Shown in pieces: positions 19,862 through 29,400 of a DNA stretch of 64,000 bases; the stretch's first letter is position 1, and the number at the start of each line of letters is the position of its first letter. A program made the translations under genes and the position numbers. The notes under the pieces were generated by a model. It had not been told where the DNA came from, searched no databases, and was given only the letters and a program-made list of their open reading frames with translations. This DNA comes from an uncultured Holophagales bacterium (GTDB lineage Bacteria > Acidobacteriota > Thermoanaerobaculia > Multivoradales > UBA5704): the NCBI GenBank assembly GCA_963842525.1, contig CAWJGT010000025.1, forward strand, positions 477,625 through 541,624, in the 5' to 3' direction.

Positions 19862-20359
19862 TCATCCCACCCTTATGAACCGCGCCTCGTAGCGCCCCTT
19901 CCCCTGCCTCACCTGGCGCAGGCGCCCGGTGCGGGTCAGGCGCCGGCAGACGTCGGACATCTGCCGGGAGGTGACGGGCTTGCGCAGCCGGCCTGCGAAC
20001 CGGCGGTTTACCTCTTTGGCGAGCCACCCGGGACCAAAGTGCTGGTCCGCACCGAGCTCCGCCACGATCGTCTTCAGGATCAGCGTCAGACGCGGTTTCG
20101 ACGCGGGGCCGATGTCTGTGCCCTCATCCGGCGGACCGGAGCGGGAGACGCGATGCCCGATGAGCTCCAGGGCGGCGGCGGAGACCGCGCGGAGCTCCTC
20201 CAGCCGCCGGGAGGCTGCTTCAAGCGCGGTCTCGTGCTGGCTCCGTTTCTCGCGATGGAACGCCTCGTGCTGGGCATGATGGGCGCTCCGCTCCCGGTGC
20301 ACCGCCACCTCCGCTTCCAGCGCGGCCACGATCTGCTCGACCGACCACTGCTTGCCCAT
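19862..20359 (-). CDS. Hypothetical protein: N-terminal coiled coil plus probable winged-helix domain
   Basis: MGKQWSVEQIV start after an AAGGAG RBS; C-terminal helix-turn-helix-like segment. Confidence 0.65.
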   Translation of the reverse strand: MGKQWSVEQIVAALEAEVAVHRERSAHHAQHEAFHREKRSQHETALEAASRRLEELRAVSAAALELIGHRVSRSGPPDEGTDIGPASKPRLTLILKTIVAELGADQHFGPGWLAKEVNRRFAGRLRKPVTSRQMSDVCRRLTRTGRLRQVRQGKGRYEARFIRVG

Positions 20360-20556
20360 CGCGCTCTCCTTGTCGGGAGCGGGCACCGCGGGCCGTTTCT
20401 CGACCCATCCCGACTTTTGGGAAAACCGCTCCGGACAGGATGCGGCGCCCGCAGGCACGATCTCTGATCGATGGGCACTCACTGCCCCACGATGATTCTC
20501 GACCTGCTGTCGCTCCGGCGGGCAGTGGATGCCGCCGCGGCATCCGCTGGCGGCAT

Positions 20557-21108
20557 CTACCGGCTGGAGCTGAAGACCCTCTTCCACAATCCCAGGCAAC
20601 CCAGACGCTGCGGGGGGTCTCCGTTGTTGTAGATCCGGGGATCGTCCTGGTCGATGGGCCCCTTCCGGTCCGGGTTCCTGTAGATTCCCAGGCAGTAGAA
20701 GAAATGCGACTGAATGCTGCAATCATCGCCGATGCTCAGCAGCGTGGCCTTGTCCCGTTTGGTGTCCTCGGTGAAGTAGACATGGAGATCCAAGGGTGTC
20801 GAGGGGATCAGCAAGGTGATTCCACGGCCGGGCCGAAAGAATTCCTCGGGCTCGATCCCATCCTTCGGCCAGATCTTGATCCCCGCAAAGCCGCCGCTTT
20901 TGTCTTCGGGGTGCAGCCTGAATGAGATAGCGAACCGGTGGTTCGTCCGTCCTTCAGGAAGGTTGAGCTTCAGATCCCCTGCGGCATCGAGCTCGACCTT
21001 GTCATAGAACGATCCGTCGCTCGGGATGCGCTTGAGATGGAATTTCGGTTTGTCGGAGTCGTAGGTGACCTTGACCTCGATGGCGCAATCGTCGGGAGGG
21101 TTCGCCAT
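20557..21108 (-). CDS. Hypothetical beta-rich protein downstream of the kinase (ends DPRIYNNG, DP-EP-like)
   Basis: AAGGA RBS and MANPPDD start. Confidence 0.6.
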   Translation of the reverse strand: MANPPDDCAIEVKVTYDSDKPKFHLKRIPSDGSFYDKVELDAAGDLKLNLPEGRTNHRFAISFRLHPEDKSGGFAGIKIWPKDGIEPEEFFRPGRGITLLIPSTPLDLHVYFTEDTKRDKATLLSIGDDCSIQSHFFYCLGIYRNPDRKGPIDQDDPRIYNNGDPPQRLGCLGLWKRVFSSSR

Positions 21109-23780
21109 ATTTCGTCCTTTCGTTTGGTTGGCCCAAGCCATGGAGCTTCCCGGTACCCGGCTCGTTCGAGATCTTCGAGCACGGCCAGGGCTTCTTCGTG
21201 CCGGCCCAGGTCCAGGAGCACCTGGGCCCAGGTGCTGAGCAGCCTCAGCTCCCGACACCTGGCGGCGGCCGGCTCGAGGCGTGCCGCGGCGGCGAGAAGC
21301 GTCCGTTGCCGCGCCGCCGCGCTGCCCAGGGCTCCCTCGGCTACGGCGAGCCGGAGATAGCCCCGGCCCAGCCAGCGCAGGGTGACGGGGTCGTTCGGCA
21401 AGGACTTGTCCACATCCAGCAGCACGGCGATCCCCTGGCGCGCGGTGTCGCGGGCGGCACCGGAGTCCTTCTGCAGCGACGAGCGGACGATCAGCTCGAT
21501 GGCCTGGAGGCGGCGCCATTCGTGCTGTCCCGGAGCCCTGCGGACGAGCTCGGCGGCGATCTCCCGCAGGTGCTTCCACTCGGCGGCAGCCACGGCTGGC
21601 TCCCCCTGCGCCTGGTCCGCGAGGCCCAGCGTGAGATGGAGGAGCGCCAGCTTGTAGAGCCATCCGGCGTTGTCGGGATCACGCGCCACGAGCTCGCGGA
21701 GGATCGATCCGGCGGCGCGCAGATGCTCATGGCTCGCGCCGGCGTGGCCGGTCATCAGCTTCAGCTCTCCCAGATAGTAATGACTGGTCGCCAGGAGCTC
21801 CTGCCAGCGGGTGTTGCCGGCATTGGCGGACACCAGCTCGCGGCGCAGCGCCAGCTCAGCGCTGAGATGTGCCAGGGCTGCGGAAAGCCGGCCCAGATCC
21901 TGCTCGATGGCTCCGAGCGAGTTGTAGGCGGCGGCGAGCTCGAACTTCCAGTCGAGGTTGCGGGGGTCCAGGGCGGCAAGCCGGCGATTGATGGCGAGCG
22001 CGCTTTGAAAATGGCGCAGCGCCGCCTCCGGTTGCCCTTCCTCTTCCAGGAGAGAGCCCAGGTTGCTGTGGCCGTATGCCACTTCGAGCTGCCAGTCGGT
22101 CCGTCCGGGATCGAGCCGGATGAGCTGTTCTGAAAGCTCCAGGTAGCTCTCCAGGTGCGGGCGGGCCGCGGCGAGCCGCCGTTGCTGCCAGTGCACATAC
22201 CCCACCCAGAAGTGGCTCTGCCCGAGGCCGAAGAGCCGCTCGCCGGTGGGGTCGCGGTCGGCCAGCGCCTGCGCCAGCTCGAGCGATTCCTGGAGAGGCG
22301 CCAGGGCTCTCGCGAGGTCTCCCCGGCGGATGCGCACGTCGCCGATCTGGTAGAGGGCCTGGGAGCGGCGCGCCAGCTCGTCGTCGGACAGCTCTTCCTG
22401 CGGCACCGCGGCGAAGTACCCCATGGCGCGCTTGCCTACGTCGTCCAGGATCTCCAGCTTGCCGAGAGCGTCGAGCTTGTCCCGCAGGTCGGTGAGCATG
22501 AAGCCGATGAGGTCCTCGGCCTGGCCGCGCCGCAGCTCCGCGCGGCGGTTGGCCATCCGCGCCTCGACGCCCAGGACCGCGGCCACCACCAGGGCGGCGG
22601 CCAGCAGCACGGCGGCGACGCCGGCCACGGCGAGCAGCAGGCGATGGCGCAGGGCGAAGCGGGTGAGGCGGTAGGAAAGCCTCGCGGCATGGGCCTCCAC
22701 CACGTCGCCGTCGAGGAAACGCCGGAGGTCTTCGGCCAGGGCACGCACCGTGGGATACCGCGCCTCGGGGTCTTTCTCCAGGCACTTGAGGACGATGGCT
22801 TCGAGGTCCGCCGGCAGCGTCGGCAGGAGCTGGCGCGGCGGCTGTGGAGCGTCCTCGCGCACCTGCCGCAGCAGCTCCATCAGATCCGGGGAACGGAACG
22901 GCGGCTGGCCGGCGAGCAGCTCGTAGAAGGTCACGCCGAGCCCATAGACGTCTGCCCGGCGGTCTGCCTGCGCCGCTCCGGCGCGCAGCAGCTCCGGCGC
23001 CAGGTAGGCGGGAGTGCCCGCCAGCTCTTCAGACGGCCCAGACTCGCTCCACAAGGCGATCCCGAAGTCGGCGATCCACGTTTTCCAGCCGCCGTCCGGC
23101 GTCCCCTCCACCAGGATGTTCGAGGGCTTGACGTCGCGGTGGATCAGGCCTTCGCGATGGGCGGCATGGAGGCCCTCGGCCACCTGGGCGATGAGGCGGA
23201 CCTTCTGCTCCAGCGAGGTCTCGTCGCGGATGGCGAGCAGCGTGGGCCCGTCCACCCAGCGCATGGCGATGAAGGGACGGCCCTCCAGGTCGCCGGTCTC
23301 GTAGACCTCCAGCACGTTGTCGTGGCGCACCCGGGCCTGGGCCTGGGCCTCGCGCAGGAAGCGGCTGCGCGCCCCGGGCTCGACGCGGTCGAGGAATTTG
23401 AGCGCCACCGGCCGCTGGAGCTGCAGGTCGAACGCCTTGTGGACCTGTGCCATGCCGCCCTCGCCGATGAGGTCGCCGAGCTCATAGCGCTCGGCGCCGG
23501 TCATCGGTCCGGACCCGGCTTCGTCCGTGGGATCGCGGGCACGCTCCGCCGCGGCCAGCAGCTCGCCGGCAGGCACGGCGAGGAAGCTCTCGGGCAGCGC
23601 GGCGGCCATCTCCAGCCGGCGGCGCACCTCCATGAGGACCGCCGGCTCGGAGATCGTCACCTGCCGCAGGAAGCTGTCCCGCTCTCCCGGCTCCAGAGAG
23701 GCCGCGGCAAGGACGATCTCGCCCACCCGGAGGAGAGCGTGCGACGGAAGAGAACCCCTCTCAGGCGCGGAGCTCACCAT
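20970..23780 (-). CDS. Hanks-type Ser/Thr kinase, TM segment, TPR repeats (3' end uncertain)
   Basis: GEGGMAQV, VALK, HRDVKPSN, DFG, APE; TPR-like helical repeats. Confidence 0.9.
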   Translation of the reverse strand: MVSSAPERGSLPSHALLRVGEIVLAAASLEPGERDSFLRQVTISEPAVLMEVRRRLEMAAALPESFLAVPAGELLAAAERARDPTDEAGSGPMTGAERYELGDLIGEGGMAQVHKAFDLQLQRPVALKFLDRVEPGARSRFLREAQAQARVRHDNVLEVYETGDLEGRPFIAMRWVDGPTLLAIRDETSLEQKVRLIAQVAEGLHAAHREGLIHRDVKPSNILVEGTPDGGWKTWIADFGIALWSESGPSEELAGTPAYLAPELLRAGAAQADRRADVYGLGVTFYELLAGQPPFRSPDLMELLRQVREDAPQPPRQLLPTLPADLEAIVLKCLEKDPEARYPTVRALAEDLRRFLDGDVVEAHAARLSYRLTRFALRHRLLLAVAGVAAVLLAAALVVAAVLGVEARMANRRAELRRGQAEDLIGFMLTDLRDKLDALGKLEILDDVGKRAMGYFAAVPQEELSDDELARRSQALYQIGDVRIRRGDLARALAPLQESLELAQALADRDPTGERLFGLGQSHFWVGYVHWQQRRLAAARPHLESYLELSEQLIRLDPGRTDWQLEVAYGHSNLGSLLEEEGQPEAALRHFQSALAINRRLAALDPRNLDWKFELAAAYNSLGAIEQDLGRLSAALAHLSAELALRRELVSANAGNTRWQELLATSHYYLGELKLMTGHAGASHEHLRAAGSILRELVARDPDNAGWLYKLALLHLTLGLADQAQGEPAVAAAEWKHLREIAAELVRRAPGQHEWRRLQAIELIVRSSLQKDSGAARDTARQGIAVLLDVDKSLPNDPVTLRWLGRGYLRLAVAEGALGSAAARQRTLLAAAARLEPAAARCRELRLLSTWAQVLLDLGRHEEALAVLEDLERAGYREAPWLGPTKRKDEIWRTLPTIAPSRSRSPTTPTNRNSISSASRATDRSMTRSSSMPQGI

Positions 23781-24336
23781 AAAGCCACGTCCGCGCAGCC
23801 TGCCAGTCGCGCACCACCGTGGGCCGCGACACGCCGAGGGCTTCGGCGGTCTCGTCGACCGACAGGCCGGCGAAGTACCGCATCTCCACCAGCTTCTCGT
23901 AGCGCGGTTGGATCTTGGCCAACCGCTCCAGGGCCTGATGGACCGCCAACAGCTCTTCCGGGGGTTGGCTTACAGGATTGCGGCAGTCCTCCGGGATCTC
24001 CGCCCGGGTATCGACCCCGTCCCGCTTGCCGGCGAGCCGCCGCCGCGCCTCGTCGACCAGGACGAAACGCATGGCGCGGGCCGCCACCGCAAAGAAGTGC
24101 CCGCGGTCGTGCCACTCCAGGCCGGAGGCGGCGGGACCGAGCAGCCGCAGGTAGGCCTCATGGACCAGGGTCGTCGTGCCGAGCCGGCGCTTTCCGGGCT
24201 GCCCGCGAAGCACACTGCGGGCGAGGATCTTGAGCTCGCGGTAGAGGACCGGCCACAGCTCCTGCTCCGCCTCGTCGCTGCCCGCACGGCACTGGCGCAG
24301 CAGAAGGGTGATCCCCTCGGGGGAGGATCTGATCAT
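23761..24336 (-). CDS. ECF sigma factor (kinase-associated type)
   Basis: TTTLVHEAYLRL, HFFAVAARAMRFVLVD, RYFAGLS, VVRDWQAARTWL. Confidence 0.9.
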   Translation of the reverse strand: MIRSSPEGITLLLRQCRAGSDEAEQELWPVLYRELKILARSVLRGQPGKRRLGTTTLVHEAYLRLLGPAASGLEWHDRGHFFAVAARAMRFVLVDEARRRLAGKRDGVDTRAEIPEDCRNPVSQPPEELLAVHQALERLAKIQPRYEKLVEMRYFAGLSVDETAEALGVSRPTVVRDWQAARTWLYGELRA

Positions 24337-24378
24337 GAGATGGCGGCGAGCTTAGCACACCGGGCCCACTGCCCGGCC

Positions 24379-24693
24379 TCAGTGTCCCGAAGGGCCCGAA
24401 GGGGGAAGCTCGGTCGGGTCGAGGAGCCGGCTGCTATGGCGAACCGTCAGGATGGAGACTTGTTGCGCTTCGATCCGATAGATGATGCGGTATCTGCCGT
24501 AACTCAGCTCTCGAAACTCCGAGTTTTCCCATTCCGGCACCATCCTCCCCATCTTCGGCAGCCGCGCCAGGTGCCTGGCGGCGGCAAAGAGTCCCTTCAG
24601 CCATTTCTCGGCAGCCCTTGGATTGTCTTTGGCGATGTGTCTGGCCTGCTCGACGGCACGGTCGATCGCCAGCGGAGACCAGATGACTTTCAA
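24379..24693 (-). CDS. RelE/ParE family toxin
   Basis: MKVIWSPLA, GRMVPE, RELSYGRYRIIYR, ILTVRH. Confidence 0.9.
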   Translation of the reverse strand: MKVIWSPLAIDRAVEQARHIAKDNPRAAEKWLKGLFAAARHLARLPKMGRMVPEWENSEFRELSYGRYRIIYRIEAQQVSILTVRHSSRLLDPTELPPSGPSGH

Positions 24694-24971
24694 GCTCGGA
24701 GCCTTGAGAGGGCCTGACTCAGAGCCTCCCGATGAGAAACTCCCTCCCCATCGCCAATCTGGCGAGCCGCCAAGCAGACGTCTCGGAGCAACTCGATCTC
24801 GTCAAGAAGGTGCTGATACTCGCCGATGTCCAGAACTACGGCCGAGGAGTGGCCTCTTTGAGTGAGCACCAAAGCTCTCTTGCTTTCCCGAACCTTCTGA
24901 ATCATCCCCGCAGCGTCCGCGCGGAACTCCGAAAGAGGGCGGATATCTTCTTCAAGGTTGACTCGGGGCAT
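24690..24971 (-). CDS. Phd/YefM family antitoxin
   Basis: DIRPLSEFR, LVLTQRGHSSAVVL; overlaps the toxin start. Confidence 0.9.
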   Translation of the reverse strand: MPRVNLEEDIRPLSEFRADAAGMIQKVRESKRALVLTQRGHSSAVVLDIGEYQHLLDEIELLRDVCLAARQIGDGEGVSHREALSQALSRLRA

Positions 24972-25068
24972 GGTAGACCCTCCTGTGGTACGTCTGATTG
25001 TACCACCGACTGGTTCTTCACTGTACGGCCGCTTTGCGCTTCCGCCAGTGCACCCTAGAATGGGCGCC

Positions 25069-25650
25069 ATGCAGCCTGAGTCGAGCCAGGAGGTCACCGA
25101 AATCCTCGACGCCTGGAGCGGCGGCGACCCGGAGGCCCTGGAGCGGCTGGTGCCGCTGATCCTCGAAGACTTGCGGTCGCTGGCACGTGCCTACCTGGCG
25201 CGGGAGAGGCCTGGCCATACCCTCCAGCCGACCGCCCTGGTCAACGAGGCGTTCCTGCGCCTGCTGGGCCGCCGGCAGGTGCAGCTCGAGAGCCGGGTGC
25301 AGCTCTTTGCCGTCCTCGCCCAGACCATGCGCCGCATCCTGGTCGACCACGCCCGGCGCAAGAAGGCGGCGCGCCATGGAGGCGGCACGCCGCCGCTGCC
25401 CATCGAGGAGGCGTTGGGCCTGCCGGTGCGGCAGGACGTGGACCTGGTGGCCCTCGACGAAGCGCTGAACGAGTTGGCGAGCTTCGCGCCGCGGCAGGCC
25501 GATGCGGTGCAGCTCTCCTACTTCGGCGGCCTCACCTTCGACGAGATCGCCCTGGCCCTCGAGGTCTCGCCGGCCACCGTCCAGCGCGACCTCAAGGCGG
25601 CCAAGATGTGGTTGCTCAAGGAGCTGCAGAGCCAGGGCGCGGGAGCGTAG
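25069..25650 (+). CDS. ECF sigma factor (kinase-associated type)
   Basis: HTLQPTALVNEAFLRL, MRRILVDHAR, YFGGLT. Confidence 0.9.
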   Translation: MQPESSQEVTEILDAWSGGDPEALERLVPLILEDLRSLARAYLARERPGHTLQPTALVNEAFLRLLGRRQVQLESRVQLFAVLAQTMRRILVDHARRKKAARHGGGTPPLPIEEALGLPVRQDVDLVALDEALNELASFAPRQADAVQLSYFGGLTFDEIALALEVSPATVQRDLKAAKMWLLKELQSQGAGA

Positions 25651-25665
25651 CCCGTCGAGCGGCCT

Positions 25666-27252
25666 TCAATCGCTCATCTCGATCGCCAGGAGGAGCTCCG
25701 ACAATCGATTGACGGGCGCCGTCATCTCGTCGGTAGGAAATGACGTTACATAAGGAGTGTACGCATTGCAGCGCCCAGGAGGCCGGGCAGAGGCGTTGTC
25801 TCCAATCTTGACGAGGCTCCTGGCCGAGCTCAGAACATCATCTTTGTAACCCTTGACAAGATCCGGATCTGCCTTGTACGCCTGGAGCAGATAGCGCATG
25901 AATACGGCGTTCCCGGTCAGGTAGTCGCCGGTATCGCCGCCTGGCGGACGTGCCGTATAAGCATCGCCAGGACCAATCATCATCCATGGCAAGAGGAAGC
26001 TCCCCGTGACTGTGCCGTAGGTACGTGGGCGATAGCCGTTCTTGAAAACACCCTCCATGATGTCGGAATAGAGGCTGAACACCTTCGGTTCCGGCTGCAG
26101 GTAGCCCGCGGCCTTGCCCTCGCGCAAGGCGCCGATGAGCAAACCCTGGTCTCCGGTCCAGACCAGGTTATTGATATAGGCGGCATCCCAATATTTGCCG
26201 TCATCAAAAGTCGATACACGCTCCCGGACCAGCGATCCTGCCTGGGTCTGGACCAGCAACGACTCGTCGGTGTCCGTGGTCTCGACCATCCATTGGTTGA
26301 GCCACCCGATCTGATCCTTCCATGCCTGCAGGCAGGCGTCGGGGTCAAGCCCGGATTCACTGAACACCTGCCTGAAAGCCGGATTCTGCGAGGCGCGGTA
26401 GATCCGCAGAGTCAGGATGGCGTACAGGCCGTTGGTCACCGTGTTCTGAATGGGATTCAGATAGGCGCCTGTCCCTTGATAGGCCGTCACCGGCACGGGC
26501 TGGCTGCCATCCGTGATCGTCGAGTTCCATGCCCCTCCCGGCGAATAGCGGGGCTTCCGCTGCATCTTCTGATCCTGGGTGACCCCGGGCCAGGTTTGCT
26601 CGATATCTTTCCAGACGTTCGGAGCCCCCACGTTGGGTGTGTGATTGGCTCTGAACGCCTTCCATCCAGGAATGCTTTCATCGATGAATGGGAAGATGGC
26701 AGGATTGGTCTTCGACCAACCCGGCCCGTACATGTAGGCCCAGGTGTTGATGGCCACCTTCAGAAAGTCGTCGCGATGGTCTGGGGAGATGTTCTGTTCG
26801 GCAGCGCGCAGCGCGGCGATGCCGACCCAGCCGAAATCATCCCACCAGCCGTTCACCGTGGTCGACGGATTGAGTGCCTGGAGGACCGTATCTCCATAGG
26901 ACGAGGCGTCGACGTCGCATACTGCGAAGTAGTCGAGAAGCGTGTCCATCGCCCAGGCGTTGCGCCACAAGGCGTTAGATTGGGTGCTCCACACCGGGTA
27001 AACCTCATTGAACAACCTTTCTGCTTCCTGCTTGAAGGCTTTGACCTCCGCGCTGTCGCCGCTTGTGTTGCACTGGCTCGACCCCGCGGGCTGGCCAGTG
27101 GGCGAGACTCCCGGAGCCAGCGTTGGGGGTGATTTCGGGACGCACCCGGTCGCCGGGATAAGTAGCGTCACGCATGCGAGAGCCAGCATGAGTTTCTGTC
27201 GCACAGCCTTCTTTCGGGCTGAAGGTCTCACTGTTTTGTCCTGCATGAACAT
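25666..27252 (-). CDS. Lipoprotein, glycoside hydrolase family 76-like
   Basis: ATGC lipobox, WWDDFGW, NTVTNGL, WTGDQG. Confidence 0.65.
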   Translation of the reverse strand: MFMQDKTVRPSARKKAVRQKLMLALACVTLLIPATGCVPKSPPTLAPGVSPTGQPAGSSQCNTSGDSAEVKAFKQEAERLFNEVYPVWSTQSNALWRNAWAMDTLLDYFAVCDVDASSYGDTVLQALNPSTTVNGWWDDFGWVGIAALRAAEQNISPDHRDDFLKVAINTWAYMYGPGWSKTNPAIFPFIDESIPGWKAFRANHTPNVGAPNVWKDIEQTWPGVTQDQKMQRKPRYSPGGAWNSTITDGSQPVPVTAYQGTGAYLNPIQNTVTNGLYAILTLRIYRASQNPAFRQVFSESGLDPDACLQAWKDQIGWLNQWMVETTDTDESLLVQTQAGSLVRERVSTFDDGKYWDAAYINNLVWTGDQGLLIGALREGKAAGYLQPEPKVFSLYSDIMEGVFKNGYRPRTYGTVTGSFLLPWMMIGPGDAYTARPPGGDTGDYLTGNAVFMRYLLQAYKADPDLVKGYKDDVLSSARSLVKIGDNASARPPGRCNAYTPYVTSFPTDEMTAPVNRLSELLLAIEMSD

Positions 27253-27356
27253 GGGTCTCTCCTCGTCGGGCCTCTGAAGTTCTCGGAAGAAGACCAGGAG
27301 CCGAAGGGACCGGCCGGCCCATCCCCGACCCTCGCCGACTCCTGGTGAATGTCTGT

Positions 27357-27389
27357 AGAGGACGCGCAGTCGGGGAGCCGATCTGGTCA
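27357..27389 (-). promoter_or_regulatory. Candidate ECF-sigma promoter, copy 1
   Basis: TGACCAGAT-N12-TGCGCGTCCTCT; same motif and spacing at 29401-29433. Confidence 0.6.
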
Positions 27390-27393
27390 TCAC

Positions 27394-27585
27394 GGAGCGG
27401 CGGTGATCCGCAGGCCCTGGAGCGGCTGGTGCCGCTGATCCTCGAAGACCTGCGGGGGCTGGCCCGCGCCTATCTGGTGCGGGAGAGGCCCGGCCACACC
27501 CTCCAGCCCACCGCCCTGGTCAACGAGGCGTTCCTGCGCCTGCTGGGCCGCCGCCAGGTACAGCTCGAAAGCCGGGTGCAGCTCT
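27394..27585 (+). pseudogene. 5'-internal fragment of a duplicated ECF sigma gene
   Basis: Near-identical to about 25115-25306 (GGD..ALERLVPLILEDLR...RVQL). Confidence 0.85.
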
Positions 27586-27715
27586 GGACTCCACGCGGCC
27601 AGACACCGCAGGGCTTGTTCTTTGCCCGGCGGGGTGAGCTTCCCGGGGATCCCTGCTTGGCGGTGAGGCGAATGCAGGCCATAATCGCCTCATCCTGTGA
27701 GGCGATTAGCCGCTG

Positions 27716-28855
27716 ATGCCGACCTGGATCTGGGAACAAAACGACTGGCCCGCTTTCCGCTGGCGCGAGACGGAGATCTCGCCGGTGCTCGCCCACGCCC
27801 GTCTGGCCCAGGGCCGTATCCTGGGGGCGGCCGGCCTGCTCGATCCGGCCCTGACCCTGGACGCGGACGTGAGCATCCTCGTCGAGGACGGTGTGCAGAC
27901 CAGCGCCATCGAGGGAGAACGGCTGGACCTGGATGCCGTACGCTCCTCGGTGGCCCGGCATCTCGGGCTGCCCACCGCCGGCCTGCCGGTTCCCTCCCGC
28001 GCCATCGACGGGCTCATCGACGTACTGCTCGATGCCACCCGCCGGTTCGACGCTCCTCTCACCTTGGAGCGGCTGCTGGGCTGGCAGGCGGCGCTGTTTC
28101 CCACCGGCTACTCGGGACTCAGGGCCATCCGCGGGCAGTTGCGCGGCACCGAACCGATGGAGATGGTGTCCGGCGGCGTTGGCGGGGAGCGCGTCCACTT
28201 CCTGGCCCCGCCGCGCGAGCGTCTGGAGGCGGAGCTCGTCCGTTTCCTCGGTTGGCTCGGAGAGCCCGCGAAGGACCTGGACGGGCTGGTGCGTGCCGGG
28301 ATCGCTCATCTCTGGTTCATCACGCTGCATCCGTTCGAGGACGGCAACGGCCGGCTGGCCCGCGCTGTGACCGACATGGCCATCGCCCAAGACGAGCGCA
28401 GGCCCATGCGGCTCTTCAGCCTGTCGGCGCAGATCCAGCGCCGGCGCAGTGCCTACTACAAGATCCTGGAACGCACCCAGCGCGGGGACCTGGACATCAC
28501 GCCCTGGCTGGTCTGGTTCCTGGAGCAGGTCGAGGATGCTGCCACAGAGGCCCATTCGATCATCGCCCGCACGCTCGGCAAGGCGCGCTTCTGGCTGCGC
28601 TTTCAGGCCGTAGAGGTCAACGAGCGGCAGCGCAAGGTCTTGAACCGGTTGCTCGACGCCGGTCCGCAAGGATTTGCCGGCGGCATCAATAACCGCAAGT
28701 ACATGGGCCTGGGCCGCACCAGCCGCGCCACGGCCTGGCGCGAGCTGTCCGATCTGGTCGCCAAGGGCTGTCTCGTGCCGGCCGGCAAGGGAGGCCGCAG
28801 CAGCGCCTATGAAATTCCGTGGGCGGAGCTGCAGAGTCAGGGCGCGGGAGCATAG
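27716..28855 (+). CDS. Fic family protein (DUF4172 N-terminus)
   Basis: WIWEQNDWPAFRW, HPFEDGNGRLAR, C-terminal HTH; last codons match the sigma 3' end. Confidence 0.92.
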   Translation: MPTWIWEQNDWPAFRWRETEISPVLAHARLAQGRILGAAGLLDPALTLDADVSILVEDGVQTSAIEGERLDLDAVRSSVARHLGLPTAGLPVPSRAIDGLIDVLLDATRRFDAPLTLERLLGWQAALFPTGYSGLRAIRGQLRGTEPMEMVSGGVGGERVHFLAPPRERLEAELVRFLGWLGEPAKDLDGLVRAGIAHLWFITLHPFEDGNGRLARAVTDMAIAQDERRPMRLFSLSAQIQRRRSAYYKILERTQRGDLDITPWLVWFLEQVEDAATEAHSIIARTLGKARFWLRFQAVEVNERQRKVLNRLLDAGPQGFAGGINNRKYMGLGRTSRATAWRELSDLVAKGCLVPAGKGGRSSAYEIPWAELQSQGAGA

Positions 28856-28874
28856 CCCGCGCCCTGACTTGGTC

Positions 28875-29372
28875 CTACTGCTTCTGTACAAATGAGAACG
28901 TCGCCACCGCCGCTTTCTCCCTGTACACATCGAGCGTGACGTCGACGCCACCGTTTTCCGCGGCTTGCGTCGAAATCTTGACGGTGTCGCCCTCCTGAAT
29001 GGGTTTGTCGCCAACCCCGATGCCGTCGACGACGGCGCCGATGCGATCGAGGGTCGTCTCGAGAGCGGGTTGTTCGTGACCGGTCCCCGTGAAGACGATG
29101 TAAAGCTGGGCGCGGCTCTTGGTCACCATGATGAGGTTGTACTTCTCCCCGGCTTTCACCCACTTCGTAGCCTGCTTAGGCGTGTACACCTCGTGCCCAC
29201 CGTTCACCGCATCCCCGTTGTCGACGTCGAAGTCCTTCTCGTCTCCCCTGCCGGGCCAGTTGACGCCCACCACGGTGCCATTGCCCACGACATCGGCGAA
29301 CGCCAGGGCCGGCATCAGCGACAGTGCCAACAACAGAAAACCTGAAATCTGCGAGACTTTGATCTTGCTCAT
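28875..29372 (-). CDS. Secreted hypothetical protein
   Basis: Signal peptide (PALAFA), AAGGAG RBS. Confidence 0.75.
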   Translation of the reverse strand: MSKIKVSQISGFLLLALSLMPALAFADVVGNGTVVGVNWPGRGDEKDFDVDNGDAVNGGHEVYTPKQATKWVKAGEKYNLIMVTKSRAQLYIVFTGTGHEQPALETTLDRIGAVVDGIGVGDKPIQEGDTVKISTQAAENGGVDVTLDVYREKAAVATFSFVQKQ

Positions 29373-29400
29373 TTTGTTTCTCCTTGCGGTTCGGTTCTGG

